Shown here: positions 19,954 through 30,949 of the stretch, in pieces
How positions within the stretch are numbered: the first letter of the stretch is position 1
Layout: each line of letters starts with the position of its first letter
NCBI RefSeq assembly: GCF_024521635.1
Contig: NW_026250426.1
Span: 496,001 to 560,000 of the forward strand
DNA length: 64,000 bases
From: Tricharina praecox
Taxonomy: Eukaryota
Direction: 5' to 3'
The notes under the pieces: generated by a model
What the model was told of the DNA's origin: nothing
Database searches by the model: none
What the model saw: the letters and a program-made list of their open reading frames with translations, nothing else
Translations under genes and position numbers: made by a program

Positions 19954-21132
19954 CTACACAGTCTGACCACCACCGTACACCTTTCCGAGCGCCACGTTTT
20001 TCGCGTTGGCAACAAAGTATTTCCTTCCCTTGACGAACCAGACCAACACTCCCCACACCTTCCACTTGTTGAGGATACCCGTTCCCATGGCGAAGCCACC
20101 TCCAACGGGCACCACCATCGGTGTCTCTTCATCCTTGTACTCCTTGAACGCCTCCTCGCCCTTTCCTCCAACCACCGCCAGGATATTTTCGACCGCGGCC
20201 TCGAGCATGGGCTTGGTGGTGATCGTCTTCTTCTGCTTGACGGCCGCTGCGTCTCCAATCGCCCAGATGTTCGCTTGAACGGTGCTCTGCATGTGCGCCG
20301 AAACCTTGACGCTGCCGGACTCATCCAGCAACTCCGCTGGGAGGAACTGGGTATTCGGGGTGATTCCGTAAGTCGGAATGTGCAGGTCCGTCACCATCGT
20401 CTCGCCATTCGACAGCGTGAGCGTCAATCCCTCGTCACCGGCGACCTCGGTCGTGACCTTCACGCCGACATGCACCTCGACACCCAGACCCTCCAACAAC
20501 TTCTGCGCCGTCAACCCAACATCCTCCCGGACCATCGGCAGACACCGCTCGCCCGACGACAAAAGTATAATCTTCTTCCCCTTCCCCTTGTACAGCGTTG
20601 CGATCTCGCCCGCCGTCTCCACACCCGTCGGGCCCGCACCACTCAAGACAATCGTCTTCGCGGCCTCAATCTTCACCTGACAGTCCTTGAGCGCCTTCGC
20701 GGTCTGCACATGAGTGCCCACGGCCTTGAACGGCCACGCACCCGCACCAGCCGCGCCAGTCGCCACCACAAGATGCGCATACTCGACGACCCTCTCGGCG
20801 CCCTCGACACCCTCATCATCCACGCTCTTGATGGTGACCTTATTCGTGGCCGCATCGACGGCGCTTGCCTTGCCCTGGATAAACTCGAAGCGGTCCTCAG
20901 CGTAGGCGGCGAAGCCCGGGGTGATGGGCGCAAACACGTCCGCGTTGTCGGTAGAGAACTGGTTATCGCGGGCGACGGCGCGCGGCGCCGCAATGTTCCA
21001 GAATATGTGTGTCGATGGGTTGACGAGGATCACCTTGTACTCGGACGGTAGCGCACGGAGGAGCTTGTGCGTCGTTGGGATGCCGGCGAAGGAGGCGCCG
21101 AGGATCACGATGGTGGGTGTGGTAGTGGCCAT
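19954..21132 (-). CDS. AMID/AIF-like FAD-dependent pyridine nucleotide-disulfide oxidoreductase (FSP1/AIFM2-like), 392 aa
   Basis: IVILGASFAG, FWNIAAPR, YAHLVVATG, GAGPTGVETAGE, PNTQFLP, IWAIGD. Confidence 0.9.
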   Translation of the reverse strand: MATTTPTIVILGASFAGIPTTHKLLRALPSEYKVILVNPSTHIFWNIAAPRAVARDNQFSTDNADVFAPITPGFAAYAEDRFEFIQGKASAVDAATNKVTIKSVDDEGVEGAERVVEYAHLVVATGAAGAGAWPFKAVGTHVQTAKALKDCQVKIEAAKTIVLSGAGPTGVETAGEIATLYKGKGKKIILLSSGERCLPMVREDVGLTAQKLLEGLGVEVHVGVKVTTEVAGDEGLTLTLSNGETMVTDLHIPTYGITPNTQFLPAELLDESGSVKVSAHMQSTVQANIWAIGDAAAVKQKKTITTKPMLEAAVENILAVVGGKGEEAFKEYKDEETPMVVPVGGGFAMGTGILNKWKVWGVLVWFVKGRKYFVANAKNVALGKVYGGGQTV

Positions 21133-21265
21133 TTTTGTTGTGAGTGGGTGGTGAGGGTGAGGGGCGGGTGGGTGTGCGTGAGGGCGGGTGCGGGATCGAG
21201 GTGCTGGATGAATTGTATGGGGACTGCCTCGTGGGAGGGGGTTTTATATGGCTGGCTGGCGGCAA

Positions 21266-21305
21266 GAGAGAAAGTTATCGGAAGGGGTTGAGAGAAAGTT
21301 ATCGG
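21266..21305 (-). promoter_or_regulatory. Duplicated GATA-containing 16-mer next to a TATA box upstream of the AMID-like gene
   Basis: GAGAGAAAGTTATCGG at 21266 and 21290 (GATAAC on the minus strand); TATAAAA on minus at ~21242-21248. Confidence 0.4.
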
Positions 21306-22444
21306 GAAGGGTTCGAGAGCGGGAGCTAAGCCAGGGACCGTTTTTGTGGGACGAGCGGGTAGGGAAGATCTAATCTCGAAGAACGATATGCGCAGCTTGA
21401 GAGACAGAAGTGTAACCGCAAGGAGTAGCAGTGAACCGAAACTAGGCGGCGGACTACGGACTGTTGACTGTGGACTGACTGGGGATTGTGGACTGCGGAC
21501 TGTGGACTGGGACTGCGGATTTATATCCTCAGTCCACCTCACTTCACGACTTCAAAGAGGCTGATAAGAAAATCGCTTGCCGGCAGATCGATCTGTCGCC
21601 TACGTAGTTTCAAGTAGTCCGTAGACCCTGCATGTGCTTGCAGGAACACCAGGAACTCCGAGGCCGCTCCGTAAGCGTTTTTTGTGTGCTTGTTAATTCC
21701 AGCAGAGCTGCGGGGCTTCCTTGCACAGAACCACATAACCACATGGGACCCCACATACGATGCTCTCGCGAGCTGCCCGGGAAATTCGCAATGTCCGATC
21801 GGGGAGGCAAGACACGGAGCGAACATGGGCCGCCTATGGAGAGTCGCAGTAGCAGGGGCCGGGTTGAGGAATTTCCGAAGGTCCGTGTGCAGTTACCACG
21901 AGCGATGGAACGTGATCTCTGCATACATAGGCTAAGCGTGACTCAGTGAAAACCCGTGGTGAGTAACAACGGAGCACTGAGCATACGCGGCGCCGACAGA
22001 TTGGACGTCGGGCGTATCTACACTGTAATAATCACTCGAGCTGTAGCTCATTGGAGGTCGGATGTTCACGGTACTCTATGACCGCACAAAGACTGGAGAC
22101 TTGGGCTCGTTCGTTTGATGCTTGTTGCTTGACCATACGACACTCATATTCCCATGTACTTGTCGCACATCTTTGTCCTTTCCCGAGAGAGAGGAACATC
22201 AATTTGTTATTACATATGGCCCTTCTAGACTACCTATGGCGACCTTCTACCCGATCTTTGCTGCTTTTTTGTGTAGTCATTAATCGCATGTCACCTACTG
22301 AAGTTCCTACCGGTATGTACTCTATCTACTCCAGATCATGGCAATACCTACCGGTATGCCCCGACCTTCCTGCTTTTACTCGGGCTCGGCGGGACTCACA
22401 TCGCCGAGTAAGCTCCCGTGATCCTTCACATATGTATCTCCAGA

Positions 22445-23806
22445 TCATATTCCTCCGCCTCCGTTACAACTCGCCCGCCTGTCTCCGCCACTCCAAGATC
22501 CTGTGCGAGATATCATTATCATACGTCGGCCCCACGATCCCCGATACACCATTCCCAAAGCCATTCTGTGGCCCATCGTCAGCATTTCACATCCACTGCC
22601 CAATTGACCACTTCGGGATGGGTAACTCACATATACACCTTTCCACTTATACCGCCTCCTTGCCGCGACGATCTCAGTATACTCGCACCACTTCCCCTTC
22701 CCTTTAGCCTCAACGCCGCACCTTAAAGCCCTTACCTCACCCTTCAACACCGCCTTGCCATAAACCTCCCTCGCCCCCCAATCCCTTTCCAGAATCCACG
22801 CGAGCAGCCGCGTATGCCCCTTCCCCGCGGCGATCACCACCGCCGCCGGCGCCTGCGCCGAGATCTGCGTTGTAAAATCTGGGCGGCAGTCGTCGTGGTC
22901 GTCGTCGGAGCAGGTTAGGAGCATAGCCTCCACCACACCCAACGCCGCGTCCTCATCCTCCAGCGCCACCGCGATCTGCACCGGCGTGCGCACGCCTAAA
23001 TGGCGGGAATTAACGCGCGCCCCACTCCCCACCAGCAGTCTTACCGCCTCCGCATCGCCATTGCCGACCGCCGCTCTCAGCGCGCTATCCGTCGCCTCCG
23101 CGCCCGCCCGTAACAAGACCGCCAGCGCGCCGTGCCGCCTGCACTCCACCGCAACCTCCACCGGCGATCTCTTCCCAGTATCCAACCGCGCCCCCAACCC
23201 CAGCAGCGCCCGTAGCACCTGAACATCCCCCCGCTTCGCCGCGGCATGTACGGCACCCCACCCATCCACACCCACAAAATCCACATCCGCGCCCGCCTCC
23301 GCAACCAGGAATGTCACCATGTCCACCCCCCGCGCAACACAGATCGCGCCCGGATCCACCACCGCGCCCGCAGCAAGCAGCAGGCGCGCATGCGCCACTG
23401 CACCATCGCCCGCCGCCGCCGCAGCCAGGAACGGTGTGCGCCCCGCGTGGTCAAGCGCGGCCACGTCGGCGCCGGCGCGCAGCAGTGCGGCTAGTACGGA
23501 CGGCCGCCCGAGCCGCGCGAGCCAGTAGTGCAGCACCCACTGCCGGCCCTGGATCGTGGCGGGCGCTGCCGCACGGATGAACACGGGGAGGAGCACGGCT
23601 TGGAGGCGCGTACTGGCGCTGGAGAGGGCGAGGACTGTGAGCACGGGGGTGCTCGGTGGGGTTAGGGGGGACCAGACAAGCTGGGTTTTCTGCAGTGCCG
23701 CGGAGAAGCGTGGGATCCACTCGCCGCTGGAGGGGGAGAAGGGTTGTGACTGGATGTAAGAGGCGATCTGCAAAAGGAGCTCGGGAGGGAGGGTTTGTAG
23801 TGACAT
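22445..23806 (-). CDS. Ankyrin-repeat protein with N-terminal F-box-like motif (3' end uncertain; possible donor GTAAGG near 22735)
   Basis: MSLQTLPPELLLQIASYI; ankyrin repeats GRTPFLAAA, GWGAVHAAAKRGDVQVLRALLGLGA, SALRAAVGNGDAEAVRLLVGSGARVN, RTPVQIAV. Confidence 0.8.
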   Translation of the reverse strand: MSLQTLPPELLLQIASYIQSQPFSPSSGEWIPRFSAALQKTQLVWSPLTPPSTPVLTVLALSSASTRLQAVLLPVFIRAAAPATIQGRQWVLHYWLARLGRPSVLAALLRAGADVAALDHAGRTPFLAAAAAGDGAVAHARLLLAAGAVVDPGAICVARGVDMVTFLVAEAGADVDFVGVDGWGAVHAAAKRGDVQVLRALLGLGARLDTGKRSPVEVAVECRRHGALAVLLRAGAEATDSALRAAVGNGDAEAVRLLVGSGARVNSRHLGVRTPVQIAVALEDEDAALGVVEAMLLTCSDDDHDDCRPDFTTQISAQAPAAVVIAAGKGHTRLLAWILERDWGAREVYGKAVLKGEVRALRCGVEAKGKGKWCEYTEIVAARRRYKWKGVYVSYPSRSGQLGSGCEMLTMGHRMALGMVYRGSWGRRMIMISRTGSWSGGDRRASCNGGGGI

Positions 23807-24448
23807 GGTGGTGCGGATTGCGGGTGGACTCTGGGGGAAGGAGTAAGGCTGGGCTGCGGTATATATTTATGGAGGGGATGTAGGTATTGCGGGGATGGTG
23901 GGGTTATGTAGGGACGGTGATACGGGAGTTGCGGTGACTCGGTGAGTCATGGCCGACAGGCCACGGTTTCGGACTGCGAATACGGGGGGAGGAGTCAGTG
24001 GGATATTTCTGCATAGAAGCGAGATAGACGACGCTGCGGTGGGAAAAGAGTGAGTGATATCACGTGGCTAGTGATATGGGCGACGGCGCCGCCCATTGGC
24101 TCACCCAGCCGCACCCGAGTCAGCACTATGACACGGGTAGGTGCCTTCAGCTTCTTATCTATCTGGTCGAGCCAGAAAGCGGGTCAGGATCTAGATCCGT
24201 TTGCGCTCAGATATGTAGTCTGGGCACGCATCATAAAACGAACTGCCTCTCATTATCATATCAATCACGTAGTGTTACAATTTACCACATATACACGGCG
24301 TAACTCCTGGTATCGCCTCATCATTTGTAGCAGTTAGGAAACCAAAAGAAAGGATACAAAATGCGTATCCATCCCAGCACAGAAACACAGAAACCCACAG
24401 AGCGTTAACCCCGACCAAAGGTAAGTAAGTAAGCAGCGCCTATCTGGT

Positions 24449-25089
24449 TTACGTCATCGCATGGGTGCGCGTCCACTCCCGGGCTGCGTACATACCGTCA
24501 GCACAGCACAGCACAGCACAGCACAGCACAGCACAGCACATGCAAGGACGGAACAAGGAAACTCACCGGTGTTGATAGCCGCCTTTTCGTCCTCCTTCCA
24601 CCTCTGGGCGACATCGTTCGCGAGGGGATCGTCCGGGTTGGGAGCACCAAGGAGCGCTTGGATGGATAGCAGGATGGTGCGGATCTGCAGAGCGGGCGAC
24701 CAGTTTCCCTTGAGAACGTCGAGGCAGATGCGCCCGAGACGGTCAATGTTAGGGTGGTAGATCTTCGTCAGGAACCGGATTTTTGGCGGCGTCATCGGGT
24801 AGTCCTCCGGAAGGAAGAGCTCGAGACGGAAGATTCCTCCTTCGTACGGGGACTGTGCTGGGCCGTGGATCTAGAGGTGCGATTAGATGGGAGGGTGAAA
24901 GGAGGGAGGGTGATCGTTACAGAAACATCAAAGTAACGGAGGTTGTCGTCGTGCGGGACTGCGTTGATGCCGGGGACTCTAGATGGTCTTAGATGCATGT
25001 GGGTGCTATCGTGGTAGAGCTAGTACTTACGGCTCCGCGACGAGACGTTCAGTCTCCTTGATGATCCTCTTGGGAAGACCGGAAGCCAT
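24449..25089 (-). CDS. UBC13: Ubiquitin-conjugating enzyme E2 Ubc13, ~151 aa; exons 25089-25031, 24978-24921, 24870-24567, 24483-24449
   Basis: [79 protein letters not shown]. Confidence 0.96.
24499..24540. repeat. (CAGCA)n microsatellite in UBC13 intron 3
   Basis: About 8 copies. Confidence 0.9.
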
Positions 25090-26794
25090 GGTGTAGTGCG
25101 TGTTGTGGGTTGCGGCGGAGGTGAAGTGGAAGGCGGTGGTAGTTGTTCTGTCGGACGCGGGGGGACTTCGGACGCGTAGTGTGTTCGAAGCAGTTGTGAG
25201 TTGGGCGGTGGTGGAGGGTGTCGATGTGATGGAGTGTGCGTGCGGGGTTCTTTTCGCTTGCACGGGTCGGCAGCTAACTGGCTGCCAGCAGTAGGGTTTC
25301 AGAAGGCTTGGAAATCGGTGGCAAGGCTGTGAACCGTGGTCGAAGAAGCAAAGACCTGAGCAAGATGATGGAAGGTTTCCACGGGGCACATCCTATCGGT
25401 AAGCTGACTGCCAGGTCCGTAGTACCGTAAGGCGGACAAGAGCCGACCCGATGCCGGAGTGTTCTGGGCGGAGATATCCGGAGGCTCCGAGTCAAGAGAT
25501 CAATTTTGGCAGCGCCGAACCGAGTCCTAAAGTCGTGCCGTTCCATGCTGCCATCCATCCCGCAGCTTCCCATCCTAGCGTGCCTGTGTCGTCCAACTCG
25601 TCGAAAATCGGCGAGTTCCGAATCCATCGCGGCAGCGGCATGGAGCCACCCACCCCAGGGAAATTCTTCTCAACACATCGTCCCACCAATCTGCGTCTCC
25701 ACTGCAGAGAGAAATCAATCCTTCCCTCCCGACGCACGCCCATCAGCAGCCGGCGCGGCAGTCCAATCAGCGCACGTTGCTGCAGCACAACGGCTCCGAA
25801 CAATCCATCGTCGATCCCCCTCTGCGCTGCTCCCTACTCTAGAGTAGAGTAGCTCATCATAGCGGTGCTTGCAGCCAGCACCAGGTTGCTCGGTAGTGAC
25901 GCTGTCAAGGCAAACCCCGTTTAAACGGCGCCCTGCCCATCGACGGAGGGAAGAAGAAGGAAAAGCATACCGTGCTCGCTCTCGGCACTATCCCCATCTC
26001 GTCGCCGTCGAAATACGCAGTCCGACCTCAGTCTCCGCGGTCCGTGGTCCGTCGCACATACGCTGTCCATCGTTCATCGTCGTCATCGTCGACCCGCCCG
26101 CTCAGCCAGACCGAAACGAGCATCGCTGGCCTGAGTGAGGCACGAGTCAATCCACCCCACCCCCGCGTGCGTGGCCTGAATGGTCTACTTCGATTCGCCA
26201 CCGGACTACACCGCACAAGAGCAACTCGAGCGGAGCAACCGGAGCAGCAGGAGCCTCGGTCTGTCGAAAAAAGGGTGCGCATTCACTGCGCGCAGGATAT
26301 TGCAGTTGTCGTCGAGTCTCCACACCGAGGGGAAAGGAGGCGAGAAGTTGGCCATCTCTTGAAGGATTGGCGTGGCCATTGCACGTTGTTGCAGCAAGGA
26401 AGAATTTTGGATTCTGTACTACGACACTGCAGAGTGTGAGTGTGTTCGACTTCTCAGCCTCGTTCACCGCTCGGCGCATCATCACGGATCAGCGCAGGGC
26501 AGAGGTTCATAATACGTGTTTTTTTTTTGACGGGGATCACACACGGCGACAAGCATACCACGCCGGAACACCTTGGGGGTGATCAAACCGCAGGACACAA
26601 CTTATATATCGGATACATATTCTCATAGGTACGTGCAAGTGGGAATATGCATAGAACCACTGCTGGGAAGCTGTCCATGGCGTGCTAAGGCTGATTTATT
26701 CGTCGGAATAGCATCATCATCTCTGTTTCCACTTTTCTCTCGGATTGAGCGAACCCATCCTCGCGTAGCAGCAGATTAACACTTTTCCGCCGCG

Positions 26795-29700
26795 ATGAAC
26801 TCCTCTTCTCCGTCCCCTACAAAGGGCGGCGTAATCGACTCGCCCTTCGACTCGCCGACTTTCAAGTTGGACATGTCTATAAAGGTCGACGCACCCGTCG
26901 GAGCCATGTCAATTTCGCCATCCAGCAGAGATGTCGTGCTGGCTTCCAGGCAGGGACTACATATCGTGGATCTGGACAACCCCTACGATCCACCAAGATT
27001 CCTACAGCATCTGACCGCCTGGTCAGTGGCCGACGTTCAATGGTCTCCGCATGCATCGCACTCGCACTGGGTCGTGTCGACGAACAACCACCGCGCGATA
27101 GTATGGAACCTGGCAATGCCATCGCACAAGGCGATCGAGCACGTCCTTGCATCACACACCCGGGCCATCACGGACATCAATTTCTCAGCGCACGAGCCGA
27201 ACGTCCTCGCGACATGCTCGGTGGATTCATTCGTGCACTGCTGGGACCTGCGCGCTCCGCGGCGCCCAGCAATCAGCTTCTGCGACTGGCGGGCCGGCGC
27301 CACGCAAGTCAAGTACAACCGCCAGAACCCGTACATCCTTGCCAGCGCCCACGACCGGAACGTTTACATCTGGGACACCCGCATGGGAGCGCGAGAGATC
27401 CGGAAGATTGTGGCCCATTCGACCAAGATTTACGGACTGGACTGGAACAGGACACGGCCTACCGGTATCGTGACTTGTGCGCTGGATAAGAGCGTCAGGT
27501 TCTGGGATTACGAATATGCGCCGCACGATACGCCGGAGAGGATCATCCACACTCCGTTTCCGGTCTGGAGGGCGAGACATACTCCCTTCGGATGGGGTGT
27601 TCTCACGATGCCGCAACGCGGCGATACATCGCTTTACCTGTGGGATCGCCGCGCTAAGGGCACAAATCAGGACGAACCGGTAAAGAGATTCGAGGGACAC
27701 ACAGACAATGTCAAGGAGTTTCTGTGGCGGTGGCGAGGTGGAGAACGCGATGACGGAGGCGACAGTCGGGAGTTCCAGCTCGTCACATGGAGTCTAGATA
27801 AGGACATCAGGCTATGGGATGTCAGCCAGGACGTCATGGCGAAGATCGGCCACGACCCGAATAAGAAGATGCGGTTCCGGGTCACCAGGAAGGGCGCAAA
27901 ATACATTACTTTCCGTGATACCGATGCGGTGGTCAAGGAGTTTGCCGAGAATCTGAAGGAGAAGGAGGTTTCGAAACTGCCGCCGCCGCCGAAATTGACC
28001 TTGACGGTGGACGGAGCGCGGATTCGCAAGGACGGACTATTTATCGGGCAGAGCAAGGGCGGCTTGTCGCACGGCATCGGCCAGCAGCTGAACGGGAATC
28101 CCCCCAACGATGATGGTGATCGGCGCTTCGAGAGGGCTTTGACTGGTGCCCGAGAAGGCGGATTCATGCGTGTTGGTCGTAGGAGGCCTCTCGAGATAAA
28201 TCCGATCACCTGGATGAAGGGAGTGAAGATCACTCGGAAGGTGCCGGAAGGCGATGGCAACATGGACGGCAGCCGTTCAAGTGCTCGTGGTGATTTTGGC
28301 ATGAGCTGGGACACGCCGGAAAACCTGGGAGACGAGGTCTCGCTGGTGGGGTCCAAGCTTAAAAATCTTAACTTCGAGAAAGTCAACATCGCTACCAGGA
28401 CCTGTACGGTCTCGCTCACTGGCCCCTGGGGACACGACGGCAAACGAATCTTTGTTCGTGCGGATATTTCATTCCCGGCGGAGTATCCATCCAACGGATG
28501 CAGCATTCCCGAATTCAAGTTGGAGAGGACAAACAATCTTTCTGACGAGAACATCGACACGATTGATTTTCAGCTCCGACGGATCGCGACGGCATATGTG
28601 GCCCGGAGACGTGTCTGCCTCGAGCCGTGTCTGCGCCACCTGATGGGCGAGCTTGCCGACGAATCTGAATTCGCAGGATCGGATGACGACCAGGTCTCTT
28701 CTTCTGACGACGAGGAGATTGTCAATACCAGCATCCTCGGGGACGAGGAGGAGGGCCTCAGCAGCTTGCTTAACAGCGCCAAGCAGGAGTCTGTTCCACT
28801 GCCGAAAGCCTGCGGTGCGATATGGGCGCCCGATGGTCGGTTGGTATGTTTTTTTCCGCTCAAGGAAGAACGGACGGCAGGAAAGGGTTTGCTGTCTTCC
28901 CTCGCAGCACGCGAAAACGAGAGAAGCATGCGGATTCCAGGCGGCGGACGGCTGTGGGAGGGTTTTGGAAGGCTTTACATGAGTAACTCTGCGAGAGGTC
29001 GTGCCGACGATGGCGACCACGATAGCTCCGACACCTCCAACAGCTCCTACTCCAGCGACGACACGAGTGATGGAGATACCGATCTTCATCACACTGGCCA
29101 ACTGAGATCGAGCTTCGGCTGGAGACTACAAGCCAACTCTACATTGACGCGGATTCGGAGAGGTGGCAGCACAGACAGGAGTACGCAACGTAGCACGGGT
29201 ACCGGAGTCAGAACTGCCGCCACGATTACTCCCGAGAAGAAGAAGAGTGTCGCTTCGATTCACGACTTTTCGTATCTCCTCCCTGCAAAGAAGGAGCTTG
29301 CGTCTTTCTATCATATCGGGGAAGGTGCTGAGGTGTGCAAGCATAACGCGGAGGTCGCCGAGAGGTTTGGCTTGAGGGATCTGGCCGACGTGTGGCGGTT
29401 GGTGGAGATGGTGCTCTGTGACGACGTCCCGCTGGAAATCTATAATAGCCCCAAGAACCACGGGGAGATGGTCATGGTCATGGCTAGACGGGCGTGCTTG
29501 GAGAGTGGTCGCAGAGACAGCGGTCTGGGAATGGAGTTTGACGATGATGAGGACACTATGATGGCGATGCCGGAGAGCGAATTCTGGGGAAAGGTCAAAT
29601 GGGGTAGCCATCCGATGGGCGGCCGCTGGTTGATTGAGCAGCTCTTCGAGTACTTTGAGAGGAAGGCGGATATTCAGATGCTGGCGATGTTGAGCTGTGT

Positions 29701-30913
29701 CCTCTGCGAGACGGACAATAGGATTGGGCATACCGAGCCATCACCTGTAGTAGGCATCGTGAGTGTGCCCTCTACCCGTGCCGTCCGGCAATGGCTGATT
29801 TCCACGCAGAACATACCGTTTAAGAAACAGAATGTTTCGCGCGACTACTATGCCAGCATCGAGATGATGCTGCAGTCCCAGCAGCAGTCGGTGGCGTTCT
29901 CGGTTTCGCCCTCGCATCACTCAGCTAACCTGACTCCGATGGGGACCGCGGGATCGTACAGCTCATCTGTAGGTAGCAGGATGCATTTCGGCAGTGACCC
30001 TCTGATACCATACTCGACCGGGACTACACCTCCAACAGCAGGTTTCCGCCTCGGCACAGAGGACTGGTCCGGCCCGATCTCGCTCTCGGCGTCACCCGAA
30101 CAGTCTCACAACCACATGTTCCGCCGCAACCGGGCCTTCGGACCGGGCAATGCGTCGCCACCATCCAGAAGACAACCTCGCCCATCGCCGGCCGAGAGCG
30201 TACTGGGTCCGTTCGCGAACTCGGCGGTTACGTGGGGGGTCACCACCACATTCGGTTCGGGCAGTAAGGCAGCCTCCGACACGGTGACAGACTCAGACAG
30301 CGGCGACCCGATGGACCCGATCACGATCACGATGTTCAACGGCCCGCTGATCGACGACGCGCCGCTGCTCTCCCCCAAGCGGCGTACATTCTACCGGGCC
30401 TACCGCGAAGCCTACGCGGACCTCCTCTTCGCATGGGGGCATACGATCTCGCGGCTCGAAATGCTCAAGTTCTCTGCGCTCGAGCCGCCGCCGGCGTCGC
30501 CGATCCTCCTGCCGGTCCGCAAAGCCGCGCCAATGGGCCTCGAGATCGCCGGCTTCTGCAGCAAGTGCGGCGGCGTCCTCGACGTCACCTCCGGCGCCCG
30601 CGGTGAGTGCAAGGTCTGCAAGCGCAGACAGGTCACGATGAACTGCGTCGTCTGCGAGGTCATCATCAAGGGGTTGTACGGCGCGTGTCTCAAGTGCGGA
30701 CACGTCGCGCATGCGACGTGTTGGCGCGGTTGGTTCGACGGCGTAGGTACTAACAGCTTGGATAGGGGTTGTCCCACTGGCTGCGGTTGTGTATGCCTCT
30801 TTGAGGAGGAGGGCGATCTGCTGGGGCCTGAGGTCATCCTCGAGCCGCCCGTAGTGGGGACGCCCGGTGTCGAGAGGGACTGGGACGCGTTTGAGGGCGA
30901 GGATCTGTGGTAG
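26795..30913 (+). CDS. MTC5: SEA/GATOR2 subunit WDR59/Mtc5 (Sea3): WD40 + RWD + C-terminal RING-like Zn finger; probable in-frame intron 29759-29809
   Basis: ADVQWSPH, HTRAITDINFS, LATCSVDSFVHCWDLR, PVWRARHTPFGWG, GHTDNVKEFLWR; RWD-like FPAEYP; ADIQMLAMLSCV; CVVCEVIIKGLYGACLKCGHVAH...CPTGCGCVC. Confidence 0.92.
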   Translation: MNSSSPSPTKGGVIDSPFDSPTFKLDMSIKVDAPVGAMSISPSSRDVVLASRQGLHIVDLDNPYDPPRFLQHLTAWSVADVQWSPHASHSHWVVSTNNHRAIVWNLAMPSHKAIEHVLASHTRAITDINFSAHEPNVLATCSVDSFVHCWDLRAPRRPAISFCDWRAGATQVKYNRQNPYILASAHDRNVYIWDTRMGAREIRKIVAHSTKIYGLDWNRTRPTGIVTCALDKSVRFWDYEYAPHDTPERIIHTPFPVWRARHTPFGWGVLTMPQRGDTSLYLWDRRAKGTNQDEPVKRFEGHTDNVKEFLWRWRGGERDDGGDSREFQLVTWSLDKDIRLWDVSQDVMAKIGHDPNKKMRFRVTRKGAKYITFRDTDAVVKEFAENLKEKEVSKLPPPPKLTLTVDGARIRKDGLFIGQSKGGLSHGIGQQLNGNPPNDDGDRRFERALTGAREGGFMRVGRRRPLEINPITWMKGVKITRKVPEGDGNMDGSRSSARGDFGMSWDTPENLGDEVSLVGSKLKNLNFEKVNIATRTCTVSLTGPWGHDGKRIFVRADISFPAEYPSNGCSIPEFKLERTNNLSDENIDTIDFQLRRIATAYVARRRVCLEPCLRHLMGELADESEFAGSDDDQVSSSDDEEIVNTSILGDEEEGLSSLLNSAKQESVPLPKACGAIWAPDGRLVCFFPLKEERTAGKGLLSSLAARENERSMRIPGGGRLWEGFGRLYMSNSARGRADDGDHDSSDTSNSSYSSDDTSDGDTDLHHTGQLRSSFGWRLQANSTLTRIRRGGSTDRSTQRSTGTGVRTAATITPEKKKSVASIHDFSYLLPAKKELASFYHIGEGAEVCKHNAEVAERFGLRDLADVWRLVEMVLCDDVPLEIYNSPKNHGEMVMVMARRACLESGRRDSGLGMEFDDDEDTMMAMPESEFWGKVKWGSHPMGGRWLIEQLFEYFERKADIQMLAMLSCVLCETDNRIGHTEPSPVVGIVSVPSTRAVRQWLISTQNIPFKKQNVSRDYYASIEMMLQSQQQSVAFSVSPSHHSANLTPMGTAGSYSSSVGSRMHFGSDPLIPYSTGTTPPTAGFRLGTEDWSGPISLSASPEQSHNHMFRRNRAFGPGNASPPSRRQPRPSPAESVLGPFANSAVTWGVTTTFGSGSKAASDTVTDSDSGDPMDPITITMFNGPLIDDAPLLSPKRRTFYRAYREAYADLLFAWGHTISRLEMLKFSALEPPPASPILLPVRKAAPMGLEIAGFCSKCGGVLDVTSGARGECKVCKRRQVTMNCVVCEVIIKGLYGACLKCGHVAHATCWRGWFDGVGTNSLDRGCPTGCGCVCLFEEEGDLLGPEVILEPPVVGTPGVERDWDAFEGEDLW

Positions 30914-30949
30914 TACTGGATTGTTGTGTGTGTGGGTATAATATACTCT

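Noticed and set aside
19893..19960. Cryptic PTS1 by readthrough or splicing at the AMID-like stop (also checked at several other stop codons)
   Set aside because: No TGA-CTA readthrough context and no SKL-like end in the frames examined.
19798..21051. 417-aa plus-strand ORF
   Set aside because: Antisense shadow of the GC-rich oxidoreductase gene.
25090..25389. 100-codon in-frame open region upstream of UBC13
   Set aside because: No ATG or targeting motif; the C/A-rich leader lacks stops by composition and probably extends past the TSS.
25400..26700. Overlapping 60-155 aa ORFs between UBC13 and WDR59
   Set aside because: No recognisable domain or consistent exon model; a decayed gene cannot be excluded without BLASTX.
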